DNA of 61,178 nt from Chlamydiota bacterium (GCA_947478685.1 CANJWO010000004.1:1-61178); one strand, 5' to 3'. Positions 29,748-40,681 are shown, counted from the first letter of the stretch. Notes: generated by a model from the sequence alone, not told the origin. Numbers and translations: made by a program.

Positions 29748-30179
29748 ATGACAGCAGTTATTGAGAGTGCTCCATACGTTTGTATTTTAAATGCAAGGAG
29801 CAGGGAAGAGGCCATTGCCTCACTCGTTTCAGAGCTTGATGTGGATCATAAAATGGTCTATGAGGCTATTATGCAAAGAGAGCGGGTCATATCGACTGGA
29901 ATTGGAATAGGAATTGCAATTCCTCATGCAAAAATATCAGGTATTGAAGAGTTTAATGTCGTTATAGGGATTGTCCAGCACGAAGGGATCAATTGGGATG
30001 CAATTGACCATCTGCCAGTTAAACTAATAATGTTGATTTGCGGTCCAGATGATAGACATAGAGAGTATTTGCAACTTCTTTCAGAATTGACGAAAAAAAT
30101 TAAGCAAGAAAGTGTGAGACAGGCGCTTTTTTCTGCAAAAAATAGAGAAGAGGTTGTAAAAATTTTCGGCGAATGCTAA
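29748..30179 (+). CDS. ptsN: PTS EIIA (Ntr-type)
   Basis: RE..ISTGIG.GIAIPHA. Confidence 0.88.
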   Translation: MTAVIESAPYVCILNARSREEAIASLVSELDVDHKMVYEAIMQRERVISTGIGIGIAIPHAKISGIEEFNVVIGIVQHEGINWDAIDHLPVKLIMLICGPDDRHREYLQLLSELTKKIKQESVRQALFSAKNREEVVKIFGEC

Positions 30180-30180
30180 C

Positions 30181-30894
30181 GTGAGCTCCATGGACCTTAG
30201 AAAAAAAGATGTCGCAGAACTTTTGACAGTTAGCGAAGAGACAATCAATACCCTCGTAGAAAAAGGGAGATTACCTTGTTATAAACTAGGTGGTGAGTAC
30301 CGCTTCAATCGAAGCGAAATTGAAGATTGGATGGTAAAAGTGTTGGCTTCTGAAAGGGAGCTTCTCCCATTTGGAGAAGGACAGGGAGAAAAAGCTCCAT
30401 GGCAACAGTTTGGTCTCTATCGCGCAATTCACCGTGGTGAGGTTCTTTCCGAATTTGACACATCTTCAAAAGAAGAACTTATATATGTTACAATTGACGC
30501 TATTGCTGAAAAATTGAAACTCAATCCAGAAGCCGTGGCAGAACTCTTTTTAGAAAGAGAAAACCTCATGCCAACAGCGCTCAATCAAGGGATTGCGATT
30601 CCTCATACAAGAGAATTCCTTATTAACGGTCTCTTTGATGCTGTTGTCGTAGTCTATCCTAAAGTTCCAATTGAATGGGGCGCTTTAGATAGTATGCCTG
30701 TCCATACACTTTTCTTTCTCTTTGCTTGTGATGACAGACGACATCTAAACCTCCTAGCAAAAATTGCCCACTTTATTAGCAATGAAGACCACCTTCGCTT
30801 CCTTCAAACTCGCCCCGATAAAGCCACCCTCCTCGAATTCATCAAGCAATGGGAATCATCGATCAAGTCGCCAGGTTCTGAGATTTTACTCTAG
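30181..30894 (+). CDS. ptsN: HTH (excisionase-like) + PTS EIIA fusion
   Basis: N-terminal VAELL.VS..TI..L....LP.YK.GG.YRF and C-terminal RE.LMPTAL..GIAIPH. Confidence 0.88.
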   Translation: MSSMDLRKKDVAELLTVSEETINTLVEKGRLPCYKLGGEYRFNRSEIEDWMVKVLASERELLPFGEGQGEKAPWQQFGLYRAIHRGEVLSEFDTSSKEELIYVTIDAIAEKLKLNPEAVAELFLERENLMPTALNQGIAIPHTREFLINGLFDAVVVVYPKVPIEWGALDSMPVHTLFFLFACDDRRHLNLLAKIAHFISNEDHLRFLQTRPDKATLLEFIKQWESSIKSPGSEILL

Positions 30895-30939
30895 AGTTTA
30901 AAGGACTATATTCTACTCTATACTTCTATAATGAGAGAG

Positions 30940-30982
30940 TAACTCACCTATCTGCCTTTATGGTGGAGAGATAGGTGAGTTA
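30940..30982. terminator. 14-bp perfect hairpin between convergent ptsN and clpC
   Basis: TAACTCACCTATCT pairs with AGATAGGTGAGTTA. Confidence 0.55.
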
Positions 30983-30996
30983 TAGTCATTTGACTT
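30981..30996. repeat. Solo MITE TIR (TATAGTCATTTGACTT)
   Basis: Identical to the first 16 bp of the 24596 element; overlaps the clpC stop codon. Confidence 0.65.
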
Positions 30997-33562
30997 AGGT
31001 TGAAGGGTCTTTTTTTCGTTTGCGAGGGGTTGTAGCTGGGACAAGCGCTGTCTCTTCCTCTTCCTTATCTTTTTTATCAGGATCCTGGGTTTCAAAGACA
31101 AGGGCGTTTTCTTTAACATTGACATTGAAGATGGCGTTGAGATTTGGATTGCGAAGGAGCATTTCGGCAAGTGGGTCTTCTAGGAGCTGCTCAACGGCTC
31201 GTCTTAGGGGGCGAGCGCCCATCTCAGGCTGATACCCTTTGTCAACGAGGAGATTTTTTGCCTCGAGGGAGAGGAGAAGTTTGATGTTTTTGCGATCAAG
31301 ACGCTTTTGAAGCTTGCTTACTTCTAGGTCGATTACTTTAACAAGGTGTTCTTTATCAAAGGCACGGAAGATCACTATGTCATCAAGTCTATTTATAAAC
31401 TCTGGCTTAAAGTGTTTCTTTACCGCTTTTTCGATCTTGTCTTTCATTGTGTCGTAATCAATTTTGTCGTTATTGACTCCGAATCCGACTTCTGTTGATC
31501 TCCGAATTAGATCTGAACCTAAATTGGAGGTCATCACAACAATAGTGTTACGAAAGTCAACTTTACGTCCAAGAGAATCGGTGAGTCTTCCTTCCTCTAA
31601 TATTTGGAGAAGGATATTCATCACATCTGGATGTGCTTTTTCGACTTCGTCAAATAGAATGACAGAATAAGGACGTTGTCTTACTTGTTCAGTAAGCTGA
31701 CCGCCCTCTTCGTGACCTACATATCCCGGTGGAGAGCCGGTCATGCGAGATACTGCAAATTTCTCCATATACTCAGACATATCAACTTGAATAAGGGCAT
31801 CTTCCCCGCCAAAGAGTTGAATTGCTAAATTTCTGGCTAAAAGCGTTTTACCAACTCCTGTAGGGCCTAAAAAGAGGAAGGCTCCAATCGGACGGTTTGG
31901 GTCTTTGATATCAGCACGAGACCGTTTAAGTGCTCTTGAAACAACGCCAATTGCATCATCTTGACCAATAATATCCGCTTTTAGAGTCTCTTCCATTTTC
32001 AAAATTTTAGAAGTTTCTGCCTCAGTCAACCGAGTGACAGGTATCCCTGTCTGTTTTGCAATGATTGCAGCAATATCTTCCCAGTCGACAATAACTTTTT
32101 GCTCTTCCTTATTCTTTTCCCACTCTTCTGAAAGTTTCTCTAACTTTTCACGAAGTTGCTTTTCTTGGTCTCTCAGTTTTGCAGCTTTTTCATATTCTTG
32201 ATTTGCAATTGATCCCTCTTTTGCTAATCGTATCTCTTCAATTTCTGTTGTAAGTAGAGCAAGATCTTGTGGTTGGTGCATAACCATGATTCTAGCTTTT
32301 GCGCCAGCTTCATCGAGCACATCGATAGCTTTATCAGGGAGGAATCTTCCCGCAATGTATCTATCAGATAAAATGACAGCCTCTTTAACAGCCTCATCTG
32401 TATAGATACATTTATGGTGCTCTTCATATTTAGTTTTCAGGCCGCCCAGAATTTCAATAGTCTCTTCATTAGATGGGGGAGCGACAATAATCTTTTGGAA
32501 ACGTCTTTCAAGAGCGGCATCTTTTTCAATGTGTTTTCGATACTCATCAAGAGTGGTGGCGCCAATACATTGGATTTCACCGCGAGAGAGAGCGGGTTTT
32601 AATATGTTTGAAGCGTCAATAGCACCTTCTGCAGCGCCAGCTCCTACAATTGTATGCATCTCGTCGATAAAAAGGAGGATGTTTCCAAGTTTTTTCACTT
32701 CATCCATTACTGCTTTGATTCGCTCTTCAAATTGACCACGGTATTTAGTGCCGGCAATCATTAAAGTAAGGTCGAGAGAGATCAGTTTCTTTTTAGCTAA
32801 ATTCTCAGGAACTTCACCTTTAACAATAGCGTGAGCAAGACCTTCGACAATAGCTGTTTTTCCAACACCGGCCTCGCCAATAAGGACAGGGTTGTTTTTT
32901 CTCCGTCTACATAAGATAAGGATGAGGCGTTCAACCTCTTTTTTACGACCAATAACAGGGTCTAGGCCGCCTTCTCTGCAAAGTTCAGTAAGGTCATGAC
33001 CATATGCTTTTAAGGCATGCATTTTTTCAGTGCCGGCTACCCCGCCTGAGCTACTTGCTGTACGATCTTGATTTTGTTTTTGGTTCTGACTGTTTCCCAA
33101 AGTGACAGGGGGAACTTGTAAATTAAATGTTTCAAGCTCCTTTAAAATTTCCTTACGTACTTCTTTTAAGTTTACATTTAGGTTTTCTAAAATTTGAGCA
33201 GCGACTCCATCTTGCAGTCTGATAAGGGCTAAAAGTAAATGTTCAGTGCCAACATAGTTGTGGTTTAGGGCTAAAGCCTCTTCATTTGCATATTCAAAAA
33301 CTTTCTTCACCTTGCTCGTAAGCGCTGGATCTCCATATACTTGTATTTCAGGTCCATAGCCTACTGTCAGCTCGACTTCAGCGACGACAGTGTCGTATTC
33401 TATGTTCATGTTCTTTAAGACGTTAACCGCAATTCCTTGCCCTAACTTCATGAGGCCAAGCAGGATATGCTCTGTCCCTAAGTAATTATGATTAAGGCGC
33501 TGAGCCTCTCTTTTTGCTAACTTGATTACCTGTTTTGCTCTATTGGTAAACTTATCAAACAT
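30995..33562 (-). CDS. clpC: ATP-dependent Clp protease ATP-binding subunit ClpC
   Basis: Clp N repeats, [11 protein letters not shown] middle domain, [15 protein letters not shown]. Confidence 0.97.
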   Translation of the reverse strand: MFDKFTNRAKQVIKLAKREAQRLNHNYLGTEHILLGLMKLGQGIAVNVLKNMNIEYDTVVAEVELTVGYGPEIQVYGDPALTSKVKKVFEYANEEALALNHNYVGTEHLLLALIRLQDGVAAQILENLNVNLKEVRKEILKELETFNLQVPPVTLGNSQNQKQNQDRTASSSGGVAGTEKMHALKAYGHDLTELCREGGLDPVIGRKKEVERLILILCRRRKNNPVLIGEAGVGKTAIVEGLAHAIVKGEVPENLAKKKLISLDLTLMIAGTKYRGQFEERIKAVMDEVKKLGNILLFIDEMHTIVGAGAAEGAIDASNILKPALSRGEIQCIGATTLDEYRKHIEKDAALERRFQKIIVAPPSNEETIEILGGLKTKYEEHHKCIYTDEAVKEAVILSDRYIAGRFLPDKAIDVLDEAGAKARIMVMHQPQDLALLTTEIEEIRLAKEGSIANQEYEKAAKLRDQEKQLREKLEKLSEEWEKNKEEQKVIVDWEDIAAIIAKQTGIPVTRLTEAETSKILKMEETLKADIIGQDDAIGVVSRALKRSRADIKDPNRPIGAFLFLGPTGVGKTLLARNLAIQLFGGEDALIQVDMSEYMEKFAVSRMTGSPPGYVGHEEGGQLTEQVRQRPYSVILFDEVEKAHPDVMNILLQILEEGRLTDSLGRKVDFRNTIVVMTSNLGSDLIRRSTEVGFGVNNDKIDYDTMKDKIEKAVKKHFKPEFINRLDDIVIFRAFDKEHLVKVIDLEVSKLQKRLDRKNIKLLLSLEAKNLLVDKGYQPEMGARPLRRAVEQLLEDPLAEMLLRNPNLNAIFNVNVKENALVFETQDPDKKDKEEEETALVPATTPRKRKKDPST

Positions 33563-33628
33563 AAAACACCCTAGATTGTCTTTTTTATATTTTATACTGT
33601 TCGCGATTCAAAAATTGGTTTTTTCATT

Positions 33629-33729
33629 GTCCAAAATCCCCATCTTTAAATTTGCCTCACCCTCGCCTAGTAAAATAGAGCTCAGTCTCGGCAGCGGCTT
33701 CGCCTAATTCAAATTTGGAGATTTCTGAC
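33629..33729. repeat. Degenerate palindromic element upstream of clpC
   Basis: Imperfect arms GTCCAAAATCCCCATCTTTAAATT / AATTCAAATTTGGAGATTTCTGAC. The core GTAAAATAGAGCTCAGTCTCGGCAGCG resembles the MITE core GTAAAAACAGAGACCTGCTTCGGCACCG. Confidence 0.55.
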
Positions 33730-33879
33730 TCTGAAAATTCCTCTTTTTAAATCACTCTCAGTATAGCCCTGATTTTCTTTCTTGTAAATTATCGGACGAG
33801 ATTAAACAAGAAGAAATATGCTTAAGCTAATAAATTTTTTTTAAAACAAGTAGCGTATGAGTAAGATGTTTTTTATATC

Positions 33880-34464
33880 TTAATATTGATATCCGTAGGA
33901 ATCTTTCAAAAAAAGCTTTGGATATGCTGGTTTAAATTGGCGGTCCTTGGTTAAAATTTGACCAATTGTTTTTTTTGACATTGATAAATTGTGAGATTCT
34001 TTTGAATGTAGAGGTTTTAATAAAGATTTAGGTTGAGAAAAGAGAGATAGAATTTTGTGTTTATCGGCGATACGACTTATTAGGAGTTCTTTAAGTCCTT
34101 TTCGCGCTCCATATAAGAAGGGCTCGTATTTGTCTATGTCTAAGAGAGCTAATTCTTGCTTCACCCCAGTCGTAATTGCTTCGATGAGTTTTTCTTGTTC
34201 ATCAGGATTGTTATATAGATCGCCATATAATTTTTCAGATCGAAGGGAAAGAGAATACAAAATGGAATCTTTTAAAATATCTATTTTAGAGATATTTACA
34301 ACTTGAAGGCTGCCATCTTTTAAAAGACGTAAACGGCCGCTTGAACTGGTATTTCTAAGTTCATAGAATTCATTAAGAGTTTTTAAGGTATTAAAATTTG
34401 TTGTATGCATAATTATTCCTATTAAATATAAAAATTTGTTTTGTATTAAGGGAATATTATGCAT
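33880..34464 (-). CDS. Hypothetical protein (AT-rich orphan)
   Basis: 194-aa ORF; a likely start is the internal MHTTNF. Confidence 0.5.
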   Translation of the reverse strand: MHNIPLIQNKFLYLIGIIMHTTNFNTLKTLNEFYELRNTSSSGRLRLLKDGSLQVVNISKIDILKDSILYSLSLRSEKLYGDLYNNPDEQEKLIEAITTGVKQELALLDIDKYEPFLYGARKGLKELLISRIADKHKILSLFSQPKSLLKPLHSKESHNLSMSKKTIGQILTKDRQFKPAYPKLFLKDSYGYQY

Positions 34465-34666
34465 GGATTATTTATTATTATCAATCCGATAATTTCTCTT
34501 TTTTTATGCACAAGTTGGACTATCGGCAGCTGCTCTGCGCTGACCCATTTTTTAAAATAGATTTATCCTAGCTGAGAACCTAGTTTCTCCATTTTTGAAT
34601 TTCGTTGTGTATAGCCGAAATCTTAGAGATGGGTTATAACAATATTAAATAGTCAGGAGGGAATTT

Positions 34667-35359
34667 ATGTGGAAGATTGTAAATAGTGGAACAAATCGGG
34701 CTGAGGTCAATATGGCGATGGATGAAAAGTTACTCGAAGAGTTGAATCCTAATGATCCTCCTATTTTACACTTTTATGATTTTGAATTACCGGCTGCAAC
34801 TTATGGGTTTTTTTTAAAGCCAGAGGGATTTTTAAAGGAGGGGCATGGGCTCAATTTGGCTAGAAGGCCAACAGGAGGGGGGATTCTTTTTCATCTTTGG
34901 GACCTCACCTTTTCTGTTCTCATCCCGAAAAATCACCCTGGCTATTCAGATGATGTGATGAAAAATTATAAATATATTAACGACCTAGTCCTTATCGCTT
35001 TATCAGAATATTTAGAGATGCCGCTTCTTAGTTTGCTTCCAGAAAATCCTATACCGATTGATGAAGTGACAAAACATTTCTGTTTTGCTAAGCCGACAAA
35101 ATATGATGTTATGATCAACGGAAAAAAAGTGGCAGGCGCCGCCCAAAGGAGAAAAAAGAACGGGTTTCTTCATCAAGGGAGCATTTCAATGATCATGCCT
35201 GATTTTGAGCTCCTTCAGAAAATTCTCCCTGAAGAGACTCTAACAGCAAGTAGTATGAAGCAGCACACCTTTGCCCTTACCGAAGGTAATTTGGATGAGG
35301 CGAAGAAAAAACTTCGCATCCTTTTACAAAAAGTGATTTCAGGAGAAGAAGCGCTTTAA
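34667..35359 (+). CDS. lplA: Lipoate-protein ligase / octanoyltransferase family protein
   Basis: NMAMDE, RRPTGGG, KKVAGAAQRR, HQGSI; strong AGGAGG RBS. Confidence 0.88.
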   Translation: MWKIVNSGTNRAEVNMAMDEKLLEELNPNDPPILHFYDFELPAATYGFFLKPEGFLKEGHGLNLARRPTGGGILFHLWDLTFSVLIPKNHPGYSDDVMKNYKYINDLVLIALSEYLEMPLLSLLPENPIPIDEVTKHFCFAKPTKYDVMINGKKVAGAAQRRKKNGFLHQGSISMIMPDFELLQKILPEETLTASSMKQHTFALTEGNLDEAKKKLRILLQKVISGEEAL

Positions 35360-35695
35360 TACAACGGCTTCTAAGTGGTTTCCATACTCAGATGTTCCCG
35401 CTTCGTCCGGACTACTTTTTTCTCTAAGCTCGCGAATGGTTGTTCTAATAACGCTTTTATGAAATTTTATAGAGATAGTAGCTTGCGTGCTATCTAGTGA
35501 TAGCTTAGATAAAACAACCTTGCCAAGATCTTTCATTGATAGGTCCAATAGAGAAGGGGTGCTAGATCTTCTTTCTACATCGCGATTACTTAATAACAGG
35601 GTTTTAGTATTTATAAAGGTGTTTTCAAAAAAAATTACTTTTACGTAAATGTCGTCTCTTGTAGCACTTGTCAGCCTTGTTATTGGACTTGTCAT
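35339..35695 (-). CDS. Hypothetical protein
   Basis: 118 aa, MTSPIT start, AGGAG RBS. Confidence 0.55.
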   Translation of the reverse strand: MTSPITRLTSATRDDIYVKVIFFENTFINTKTLLLSNRDVERRSSTPSLLDLSMKDLGKVVLSKLSLDSTQATISIKFHKSVIRTTIRELREKSSPDEAGTSEYGNHLEAVVLKRFFS

Positions 35696-35818
35696 CTTGC
35701 TCCTCTCTCAAATAAATTTCGCAATGATTGTAGACGTTGTAAAAAAAAAATTGCAATTGATTTTTTTATCTCTAGAGATATTGCTTAAATTGGGGAGGAT
35801 GGGATATAGTTGATCGCT

Positions 35819-37315
35819 ATGACAACTGCTGTTACACCTATACGAAAAGATGATTTCCCTGGTTGGTACCAAGAGGTATTGACTCTGGCTGATTTGGCTG
35901 AGCATGCTCCTGTAAGAGGGTGTATGATTATTAAGCCGAATGGGTATGCTATTTGGGAGGTGATGCAGCAGATTTTGGATAAGAAGTTCAAGAAGATGGG
36001 GGTGAAAAACGCCTATTTTCCATTATTGATCCCTTTGAGCTTTTTTGAAAAAGAGGCGGAGCATATTGAGGGATTTGCAAAAGAGAGTGCAATTGTTACT
36101 CATACGAGATTGGAGAAAGGGGCTGATGGAAAATTGCATCCTGCGTCTCCTTTAGAAGAACCCCTAATTATCAGACCGACATCTGAGACGATCATCGGAG
36201 CGAGTTTTTCTAAATGGATTCAATCATATCGCGATTTGCCAATGAAACTCAATCAGTGGTGCAACGTTATGCGCTGGGAGATGAGGCCAAGACTTTTTTT
36301 AAGAACATCAGAATTTCTGTGGCAAGAAGGTCACACTGCGCATGCATCTGAAGATGAAGCAAGAGCAATGTCTCTTGAAATGCTGGGTGTTTATGCAGAT
36401 TTTGCGGAACATTATCTAGCGATTCCTGTGATCCGTGGAGAGAAATCAGAAGGGGAGCGGTTCCCTGGAGCTGTTAATACCTATACTTTTGAAGCTATGA
36501 TGCAAGATGGAAAGGCTCTGCAGATGGGAACTTCCCATTTTATGGGGACAAATTTTGCAAAAGCATCTGATATTCAGTTCCTTTCCAAAGAGGGGACTCG
36601 CGAATATGCAAATACAACTTCCTGGGGCGTAACGACTAGAATGATTGGCGCTATGGTGATGGTGCATGGCGATGATAACGGCATTATCCTCCCGCCAAGA
36701 ATTGCCCCTACACAAATTGCTATTGTCCCATTCCTTATGAAAGAGGGCGACTCAAGTGAAGTGTTGAATTATTGCCACAAACTTAAAGAAGAGCTTGAGA
36801 CTATTCAGTATGCAGATAGAAATTTATCGGTCTTCTTAGATGAAAGAGACTTGCGTGCTGGTGAGAAGAGCTGGGATGCAATAAAAAAGGGCTACCCACT
36901 TCGTATTGAAGTAGGAGCCCGTGAAATGAAAGAGGGTAAAGTTGCCCTGTTCCTAAGGACCAAAGAGAAGAAAGAGGTCCTATTTATTCCTCGTGAAGAA
37001 CTTAGATCAAAAATTTCTACCATTTTGGACCAAGTTCACAGTGACCTCTATGCCAAAGCTCTCAGCTATAGAGAGGCGAACACGGTTACTGTTGCCAGTC
37101 AAATAGAATTTGAAAAGATCTTTCGGCAAGAAGTAGGCGCTACCCCGTTTGTTATGGCACCATTTAAGGGCGATAAGGCCCTCGAGACCAAAATCCAAAA
37201 GGAGTTCGGTGTAACGATTCGGTGTATCCCTCATAATCTTCCTCCTACCTCTTTATCTTGTTTATTTACCAAACAATCTGGCGCAACACAAGCAATATTT
37301 GCAAAATCTTACTAA
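35819..37315 (+). CDS. proS: Proline--tRNA ligase, archaeal/eukaryotic type
   Basis: WYQEV, VRGCM, RPTSET, QWCNV.RWE, EFLWQEGHT, TSWG.TTR and C-terminal FAKSY. No INS editing domain. Confidence 0.96.
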   Translation: MTTAVTPIRKDDFPGWYQEVLTLADLAEHAPVRGCMIIKPNGYAIWEVMQQILDKKFKKMGVKNAYFPLLIPLSFFEKEAEHIEGFAKESAIVTHTRLEKGADGKLHPASPLEEPLIIRPTSETIIGASFSKWIQSYRDLPMKLNQWCNVMRWEMRPRLFLRTSEFLWQEGHTAHASEDEARAMSLEMLGVYADFAEHYLAIPVIRGEKSEGERFPGAVNTYTFEAMMQDGKALQMGTSHFMGTNFAKASDIQFLSKEGTREYANTTSWGVTTRMIGAMVMVHGDDNGIILPPRIAPTQIAIVPFLMKEGDSSEVLNYCHKLKEELETIQYADRNLSVFLDERDLRAGEKSWDAIKKGYPLRIEVGAREMKEGKVALFLRTKEKKEVLFIPREELRSKISTILDQVHSDLYAKALSYREANTVTVASQIEFEKIFRQEVGATPFVMAPFKGDKALETKIQKEFGVTIRCIPHNLPPTSLSCLFTKQSGATQAIFAKSY

Positions 37316-37629
37316 CTTTTAAGTTTGCCTGTTAATAATTTGAATTCAAATTGTGATAGATTGGCTGTTATAATTGTTTTGCATGTTTTCTTGCTGATAA
37401 TACTGAATGCTATTTGCGATGTGTTGTCTTCCACGATCATTGCAGAAACCGTATAATTCTCCAATGTTGCTGCGCGTTTAAGACCTTTTGCGCTATTTGC
37501 TGCTACTAAAATTGAATTTTGTTCATCGATTGACAATTTGATTTCAAGTGAATCGGATTCAGTAGAAGAACAATCGCTAACTGTTGATGAGCATATTGAT
37601 GGACTTGTTGATGTAACTGGTGACGACAT
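37312..37629 (-). CDS. Hypothetical protein with Ser/Thr-rich N-terminus
   Basis: MSSPVTSTSPSICSSTVSDCSSTES; AGGAG RBS. Confidence 0.6.
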   Translation of the reverse strand: MSSPVTSTSPSICSSTVSDCSSTESDSLEIKLSIDEQNSILVAANSAKGLKRAATLENYTVSAMIVEDNTSQIAFSIISKKTCKTIITANLSQFEFKLLTGKLKS

Positions 37630-37890
37630 ATAATTTCTCCTTGTTATTATTTTTATGTTAATTATAAGTCAATTATAGCACATAATTAAAATAAATTCAA
37701 TAAATCACTATTATGAAACTTAGTGAGTTATAGATCTGGACAGCCTATCTGTCTTGCGCTTAGGTCTTTACGTGTGTTAGTAATTTTTATAAAATTTAGT
37801 GCTTTGTTACTCTTTATTGAGGTTTGATCACTCTTTCTTGCTGTAAACCCTTTTCTTTGCTACTATCTTGGGTTTTACGAGGGGATTTCT

Positions 37891-40026
37891 ATGCTCAAGC
37901 TATTAAGGAAATATCAAAAGTCGATTTTTGCCGTTGTTGCATTTATGGTTATCGCAAGCTTCTCATTCTTTGGGACTTATGGCGCAATGCAAAGTGAAAG
38001 TCATAAAGAAGAAGATGTGGTTATTGGAAAGGTGCTAGATGGGAGTGATTTATCGAGCAAGGATGTGGCCCAATTGGTCCGGTTTTTAGATACAGATTTC
38101 CATGATATTATGAATGGTGACGGGAGAGGGGGGGCTAATTTATTAAATGATGGCGTCTTACGAAATGATATCCTTAAAAGCGGACTTGGTAGCTTAGTAT
38201 TTGATGCTTATAAGGGCGAAATTGGGGAGGAACTCTCTAAAAAGACGAGAAAATTTAAGGAATTTAAGCCATATATTCATCCGAGTAAATTTTTAAGTTT
38301 TGAAGGGATGCTCAGTCAGTTTGCTCCGAATTATTACGAGGATTTTCAAAATTTTCGAATGGCAAGAGAGGAGAAAGAGGCTTTTGAGACCCTTGCAAAG
38401 CTCTATGTTGATCAAACAATTTTCCCTGCAGAGATGATGAGAAAGATGATGCTTTATGTTGAGCATCAATATTCTACCATGGCAGCAGGCGACCCAAACT
38501 TAAGAAGTGTCGATCTATCACTATTCTACGCAAAGAATGTTACAGACTGGTTTGGTCCGAAGTTTTTGGAGAAGGTGAGCCATTTTATTATAAATGGAGC
38601 AGCGTATGCATCGATGCAGGGTTACAAAGTAAGTCTGGAAGAGGCAAAAAGTTCGCTCATGCAGATTGGAGCAAGGCACTTAAAGGAGCTTGATCCTGCC
38701 CGAACAATTACTAATGAGGATTTGCATAAGTTTTATAAACAGCAGGTCTCCCAGCTTCAAATGCTCGAGAAAGATGTTATTAGGACATGGCAGAAGATTT
38801 TAGTATTTAGAAAGATGCTTGATGAAGTGGGGAATAGTATCTTTGTTGACTCTGTCTTATATAAAGAATTCTCTGAATTTGCTTCAAAGGGTGCCAAGAT
38901 CGAGATTTATAGATTGCCTTTAGCTCTAAGAATGAAGAAACCAGAAGATGCGATGAAGTTAGAGAGCTATCTTGAAGGGGTTTCAAAAAAAAGAGGTCAA
39001 ACTGTTTTGACAGAAGAGTTTGCTTCGATTGATGATATAAAAAATAACGTTCCTGAGCTTGTTGAAAAGAGATTCTTAGTAAAGGTTGCTGCCCTTAAAA
39101 AAGGGAGTTTAACTTCTGAAATAGGGGTGAGAAAAACCTGGGATTGGCAGCTCAATCAAGAGAATTGGGATGTTCTAAAAGAGGCTTTTCATGAGTTAAA
39201 TAAATGTGCAAGTTTTGAAACAGAAGAGAGATTTGCCTATTTACAAGGCTTAGATGAGAGTTTAAGGGAGAAAATAGATCAGTTCTCTAGAAAAAAAATT
39301 CTTGAAGCAGAGCCGGAACTTGTAAAAGAAAAGCTCTCTATGATCCATCCTCAGACAAGGCTTCTAGCAATTACTCTTGCGGGTAGGGATGAAATTCTTC
39401 CTGGGATTGTGGATAGAGTCTCTCTATTAGATCTTTTAGAAACTGAGAGTGAAAAGCTCTCTTGCTATAGTGAAAATGGGGAAGATTTTTATCGTATAGA
39501 AATTATCGACAGAGGTTCTCTTTGGGAAGTGCTTACATTTGAAGAGGCTAACAGCAGGGGCATTCTAGAGAGTCTCTTCAAGAAAAAAGAGATAAAGGAA
39601 AATTTAGTAGCAGCTCAAGAGATGCTTGTACCTTATATGAAGAAGATAGCGCAAGAGGTTATTGCTGGAGATGAGGGAATGGTCGGAGATGTGAGTGGAT
39701 CTGACAAAGGAACTGGCCCGCGGGAATCATTGAACCTAAAATCTCCTTTAGAGAAACAATGGAATCTTCAAAAAGAGGAACTCCGAATCACTCGAAAGAT
39801 GGCTCATCCCCTTTTTGATGAAAAACTTTTCTCAATGAAAGAGGGGGAGTGGTCAGAGGTAGTCTCCTCTATAGATGGGCCTTTTTTCTTTCATGTACTC
39901 GAAACTTTTGTTGATACGAGTGAAGTCGCTAGGAAAATGGAGGAGGGAAGAGCCCTTCTTGGAAGAGAGGCAAAAGAGGATCTTGTAAAAGAGCTTCTTC
40001 AAAAAATTGGAAAAAATGGATCTTAG
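37891..40026 (+). CDS. Conserved chlamydial protein, SurA-N/PpiD-like (CT283-like position)
   Basis: MLKLLRKYQK + transmembrane anchor as in PpiD/SurA-N proteins; syntenic between lplA and gcvH. Confidence 0.7.
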   Translation: MLKLLRKYQKSIFAVVAFMVIASFSFFGTYGAMQSESHKEEDVVIGKVLDGSDLSSKDVAQLVRFLDTDFHDIMNGDGRGGANLLNDGVLRNDILKSGLGSLVFDAYKGEIGEELSKKTRKFKEFKPYIHPSKFLSFEGMLSQFAPNYYEDFQNFRMAREEKEAFETLAKLYVDQTIFPAEMMRKMMLYVEHQYSTMAAGDPNLRSVDLSLFYAKNVTDWFGPKFLEKVSHFIINGAAYASMQGYKVSLEEAKSSLMQIGARHLKELDPARTITNEDLHKFYKQQVSQLQMLEKDVIRTWQKILVFRKMLDEVGNSIFVDSVLYKEFSEFASKGAKIEIYRLPLALRMKKPEDAMKLESYLEGVSKKRGQTVLTEEFASIDDIKNNVPELVEKRFLVKVAALKKGSLTSEIGVRKTWDWQLNQENWDVLKEAFHELNKCASFETEERFAYLQGLDESLREKIDQFSRKKILEAEPELVKEKLSMIHPQTRLLAITLAGRDEILPGIVDRVSLLDLLETESEKLSCYSENGEDFYRIEIIDRGSLWEVLTFEEANSRGILESLFKKKEIKENLVAAQEMLVPYMKKIAQEVIAGDEGMVGDVSGSDKGTGPRESLNLKSPLEKQWNLQKEELRITRKMAHPLFDEKLFSMKEGEWSEVVSSIDGPFFFHVLETFVDTSEVARKMEEGRALLGREAKEDLVKELLQKIGKNGS

Positions 40027-40627
40027 AGATTTTCCAGCTATCCTCCCTCTCCACTTTTTTGAAGTGGAGTTGGAGGTTAATAAGGGGGTAAAACCCGCAA
40101 AGTTAAAAGGGTATTCCGAATTTCTTGATGAGGACTCTTTTTGTGAAGTTAGTATGGCTTGGACTGAAGGTGGAATCCACATTGGTTTGAGCGTTTTAAA
40201 GCCGTTTGAGAAGGCCTTTTTTCCAGAGGTTGAAAAGGGCGATGGAATGGAGATTTTTATCGATACTAGAGGAATCTCGGATGCCCTCATTATCCATAAA
40301 TATTGCCACCATTTTGTCTTTTTACCGAAAGAGGTGGATGGCATTATTGGTGTTGAAGTTACTCGCTTCAGGACAAATGATAAAAGGGAGCTCTCTCGTA
40401 AAGAGAGTTTAAAAGTCGCTACTCAATTTACAAAGAATGAGTACTCAATGCAAATATTCATTCCTGATGAGGCACTTTTTGGATTTGATCCAATAGAGTG
40501 TTCACTACTAAAAATGGCCTATATCGTCCACCGAGGATCAGATGAGCCTAACTATTTTCCGAAGAGTGGTAATGATTACAATCTTAAAGATCACCCATCT
40601 CTCTGGGCTGCCCTCTTGTTAAAATAG
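40007..40627 (+). CDS. Hypothetical protein, possible DOMON/CBM9-like beta-sandwich
   Basis: AW...GIH.GL.V, GDGMEIFIDTR, YSMQIFIP..AL.GFDP. Confidence 0.6.
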   Translation: MEKMDLRDFPAILPLHFFEVELEVNKGVKPAKLKGYSEFLDEDSFCEVSMAWTEGGIHIGLSVLKPFEKAFFPEVEKGDGMEIFIDTRGISDALIIHKYCHHFVFLPKEVDGIIGVEVTRFRTNDKRELSRKESLKVATQFTKNEYSMQIFIPDEALFGFDPIECSLLKMAYIVHRGSDEPNYFPKSGNDYNLKDHPSLWAALLLK

Positions 40628-40681
40628 TTTTCTCTTTTTCTTTTTGATCTTCTAGATTAGTCTAGATCGAAAAGAGGTGAT

